A stretch of 64,000 nt of DNA from Candidatus Oxydemutatoraceae bacterium (GTDB taxonomy: Bacteria; Pseudomonadota; Gammaproteobacteria; Poriferisulfidales; Oxydemutatoraceae): assembly GCA_965220085.1 (NCBI GenBank), contig CBDCOZ010000003.1, positions 320,001 to 384,000 on the forward strand. Reading direction: 5' to 3'. The notes under the pieces are model-generated. The model saw only the letters and a program-made list of their open reading frames with translations. It was not told where the DNA came from and searched no databases. Numbering within the stretch: the stretch's first letter is position 1; each line of letters opens with the position of its first letter. Made by a program: the position numbers and the translations under genes. Below are positions 61,248 through 64,000 of this stretch, piece after piece.

Positions 61248-61826
61248 TCAGTTTGCGGCGGCTTTTTTGACAGCGGGGAAGTCGTCGATGGTGAACAATG
61301 CGTTTACACCGCAACCGTACTTCCTGCCGAGTGTCTGTGCGCCGCCCGCCAGCCTGTCAACCACAGCCAGGATGCCGCTGATTTTGTAGCCGGCTTCTAT
61401 CAGGCAGTCGCATGCTTTGGCGGTCGCGCTGCCGGTGGTAATCACATCATCGACCACGACGACCGGCGTTCCTTTGCCGATGTCATTTTCTATGTGATTT
61501 TGCGAGCCGTATTTTTTCGGTTCTTTTCTGACGATGCACCCGTTGATTCCCAGATTGCGCTCGTGTGCCCTGACGATCACGCCGCATATCAGCGGGTCCG
61601 CCCCGAGCGTCAGGCCGGATATTGCGACCGCTTCCGAAGTCAGCGACCGCATTTCGTCGATCAACAGGTCGGAGATAATCGCAAGCATCTCTCCGTTGAG
61701 GGTCGCTCGCTTGCAGTCAAAGTAGAAGTTCGTCGTAGTTCCGGCGCTGAGCGTGAAGTGTCCGCTCAGCAAGCAGTTGCGGTTCATGAAGTTCCGGAGT
61801 TTTTCTTTGCGGGCATCGTTTGTCAT
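61248..61826 (-). CDS. pyrE: Orotate phosphoribosyltransferase
   Basis: FTLSAG...FYFD, VRKEPK.YG, VVDDVITTGS. Confidence 0.92.
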   Translation of the reverse strand: MTNDARKEKLRNFMNRNCLLSGHFTLSAGTTTNFYFDCKRATLNGEMLAIISDLLIDEMRSLTSEAVAISGLTLGADPLICGVIVRAHERNLGINGCIVRKEPKKYGSQNHIENDIGKGTPVVVVDDVITTGSATAKACDCLIEAGYKISGILAVVDRLAGGAQTLGRKYGCGVNALFTIDDFPAVKKAAAN

Positions 61827-61894
61827 TGGGCTCGGCTGTAAAAAAGTTTTGAGATTATCGCCATAGTATATATGAGGGGTTTGACAGGGCGGCG

Positions 61895-62719
61895 CTATGA
61901 GGTTTTCAGTTCCAGCACGGATAAGGTCTGTTTGACTTTGTCCCCTTTCCGCCATTCGACTTTGACCGGCAAGAAATGGTGCGCGCTGCTCAGCCAAAAC
62001 ATGCGATCCGCCGTCCCCCGCTTGCGCCGCTCGACTTTGATCGTATCCAAAGCGCCGAGCGCTGTCGCGAGTTGCTCTCTGCCGACAGCGGCAAAATGCC
62101 GTTGCTTGATCCGCCCGCGCGTCAGTATCCGATAGGTCTTGTCAAAGCGCGTGCCGAGCGCGCCGACCTCTTCGGCCAACCGGAGCAGCAAAATGTTTTC
62201 ATCCGTCACATCATCCGTCAGCGCCACCGTGTCTTCCTCGCCCTCGTGTCGCAACAGCGCCTGCTTTTGCGCCCAGTCAAAGCGGTAACTCCGGTTCCTG
62301 CCGGGCTGTTTTGCCACCGCATAGTCGCAGCGCAATGGCAGCAAGATGCCGCGGTCATTGCGCCGCGCGGCGCTGCGGCTGGCAATCTCGCCCGCGAACA
62401 GTTTCCCCGCCAACCCGCCGCCGGTAATCTTGCTATCATATGTCACGATACCGCTGTCGTTTGTGACCCGCACGGTCATGGCGGCGGACGGAAAATCCAA
62501 TGCATACACGGCGGAGAATGACGGCGCGCCGTGATGTGTTTGCGCATGGACAGCCGTCATGACGAATGCAAACAGCGCGATGAAAAGCGCGCCGGAGTCA
62601 CGATTATGCCCGAAGAGAAATTGAATATATGGCAAGTGCTGCACAGTGTGTCGGCAAGTTTTTTCGGCGTTCAAAGCAACGCCCGCCGCCATCGTGATTT
62701 TAGTCGCGGACGACCGCAT
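61895..62719 (-). CDS. DUF3108-like exported protein (start uncertain)
   Basis: FDW, G.EQL.T.LG.LDTIKV, FWL......LPV; hydrophobic leader near 62545-62590. Confidence 0.7.
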   Translation of the reverse strand: MRSSATKITMAAGVALNAEKTCRHTVQHLPYIQFLFGHNRDSGALFIALFAFVMTAVHAQTHHGAPSFSAVYALDFPSAAMTVRVTNDSGIVTYDSKITGGGLAGKLFAGEIASRSAARRNDRGILLPLRCDYAVAKQPGRNRSYRFDWAQKQALLRHEGEEDTVALTDDVTDENILLLRLAEEVGALGTRFDKTYRILTRGRIKQRHFAAVGREQLATALGALDTIKVERRKRGTADRMFWLSSAHHFLPVKVEWRKGDKVKQTLSVLELKTS

Positions 62720-62806
62720 CAGTTCATCATCGTCGGTCTTGTCTTAACCGCTTTGTTCATCTTCGCCGTGTGGGGGCTGGCGCAAGCCGTCTTGTTGCTC
62801 GTCTAA
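62606..62806 (+). CDS. DUF2970-like small membrane protein
   Basis: SV.ASFFGVQS..RR.RDF..G.P..FIIVG. Confidence 0.8.
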   Translation: MPEEKLNIWQVLHSVSASFFGVQSNARRHRDFSRGRPHQFIIVGLVLTALFIFAVWGLAQAVLLLV

Positions 62807-64000
62807 GGCCTGCCAGACAGGGCGCCGACAGAGGCCTTGCCAATCGCAGTATTGGCAGGCTGTTTTTTCATTGCCCCACGCCGGCAACGGTTTTCTGTCC
62901 ATGTAATCGGAATAGATTTCTTCCAGCCGCAGTCGCGCCTGTCGGCAGTAGTCCGCCAGTTCCTCGTCTTTTATCGGCTTTCGCTCGGGGTTTTTGCCGT
63001 CGTCTTTCAGGGCCAGATAAAGCGCCTGCTCGGTATCCTCTGTCAACAAGGCATAGCACGCCAGTTGCACATCTTCGCCGCTCAGAATCATCTTCGTTGC
63101 CGGCACATGGCCGGTCTTATAGTCGGCGATGGATTTTTTGCCGCCGCAATCCATCATCAGGTCTATCGTTCCCGTCAGCGTCAGCCTGTCCTTGATCGCT
63201 TTCGTCTTTTTGGTTTCGCATTCGACGGCGGCAATATCTTTTTCGGCGCTCAAGTTTACAAACCAATCGATGTAGATTGCGGCGAGCGTCCGCGCCTGAT
63301 CAAGCCAGTAGGTATTGGCATAATTCGTATCCGCCGCCGCGCGGAACTTTGCCTCGATGATCTCCTCCGCGACAGTCCGGATGCGGCCGGCATTCTCCGC
63401 GCTCCACCGCGCGCCGGTCTCGGACATATGCGCGTGTAATTCTTGCAGGCATTTGTGCATACGGGTGCCGAACTCTGCCTTGCTCCAGTATTCGCCCGGC
63501 GGCTGTTGCGCGCGCAACTTGAGGCAATATTGCACGAAGAAACGATACGGGCAATCTATCAAAGTCTGGTGTGCGCTCGCGCTGATTTGTTCCGGCCACC
63601 TGCTGCGGGGCGCGGCGGGCGCGGGCATCGTCGGCGCCCGCGGGGTTTTGCCGACACTCTTGTGCTCCGCCAGCGCATGACAGCGCCGGGCTCGTTGCGC
63701 GAGTTCGTCATCTGCCAGACTCTCGTTGTAGGCGAGTTGGTGAAAATCCATGATCGCCCGCAGCCACGGCGACGGCATCATCTGTTGGCTGTCGGATTGG
63801 CGCTGGCAAGTCAGCAACACTCGCGGCGCGCTCTCAAGCAACGCCAGAAACGACAGAAACTGCTCGGCGGTTTTCTGTTCTTGCGTCTCAAGCCCCAACT
63901 CGCAGCGGATTTTTTCGTTCATCAACGGAGTCTGCAAGGCCGGCCAGCGCTTGCCGTCCAGCGCCGCAAAGACCAGCGCATCCGCTCGCCACAGCCGCGC
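62744..64000 (-). CDS. AddB-like protein, C-terminal PD-(D/E)XK nuclease domain; 5' part outside the window
   Basis: PSPWL, SAS....L.DCPYRFF, G.ID...ADYKTG, QL..YAL, CQYCDWQGLCR. Confidence 0.85.
   Translation of the reverse strand, partial: ARLWRADALVFAALDGKRWPALQTPLMNEKIRCELGLETQEQKTAEQFLSFLALLESAPRVLLTCQRQSDSQQMMPSPWLRAIMDFHQLAYNESLADDELAQRARRCHALAEHKSVGKTPRAPTMPAPAAPRSRWPEQISASAHQTLIDCPYRFFVQYCLKLRAQQPPGEYWSKAEFGTRMHKCLQELHAHMSETGARWSAENAGRIRTVAEEIIEAKFRAAADTNYANTYWLDQARTLAAIYIDWFVNLSAEKDIAAVECETKKTKAIKDRLTLTGTIDLMMDCGGKKSIADYKTGHVPATKMILSGEDVQLACYALLTEDTEQALYLALKDDGKNPERKPIKDEELADYCRQARLRLEEIYSDYMDRKPLPAWGNEKTACQYCDWQGLCRRPVWQALDEQQDGLRQPPHGEDEQSG

Noticed and set aside
45558-61389. Long antisense ORFs (45558-46814, 52454-53761, 60325-61389 and others)
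   Set aside because: Shadows of well-supported GC-rich genes (gpmI, metX, mutY) with no motifs of their own.

Overview
Bacterial, most likely gammaproteobacterial, chromosome segment. A host-associated lifestyle such as a sponge symbiont is only an inference from the Sel1-repeat and Ig-like proteins. About 0.8-21.3 kb is a visibly AT-richer accessory region inside an LPS/surface-glycan locus. It holds two membrane-anchored Sel1-repeat proteins, three trypsin-like proteases, a 4-member family of small secreted proteins, an SGNH hydrolase plus membrane protein pair, other secreted orphans, and many IS481 and IS1595 relics, with degenerate copies of neighbouring core-gene starts in between. 21-64 kb is mostly housekeeping (hldD, GT9, comF, ubiA, aroE, hemB/F, tsaC, pip, dtd, hisBHAFE, tatABC, gpmI, RND pump, metXW, hspQ, cysQ, mutY, pyrE, AddB-like, tRNA-Ala, tRNA-Phe). 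Inserted into it are higBA, an orphan DNA methyltransferase, a Fic gene, and two poly-C-containing Ig-repeat surface protein genes around an intact IS481. The most striking pattern is six tandem duplications/arrays (90-216 bp units, 2-5 copies) at gene ends. They leave the flanking genes intact, three have clear 5-8 bp microhomology at the joins, and in the four with enough coding sequence to compare the extra copies differ mostly by synonymous or conservative in-frame changes, like stacked alleles rather than decaying pseudo-copies. All alignments and counts were done by eye; no database search was run.
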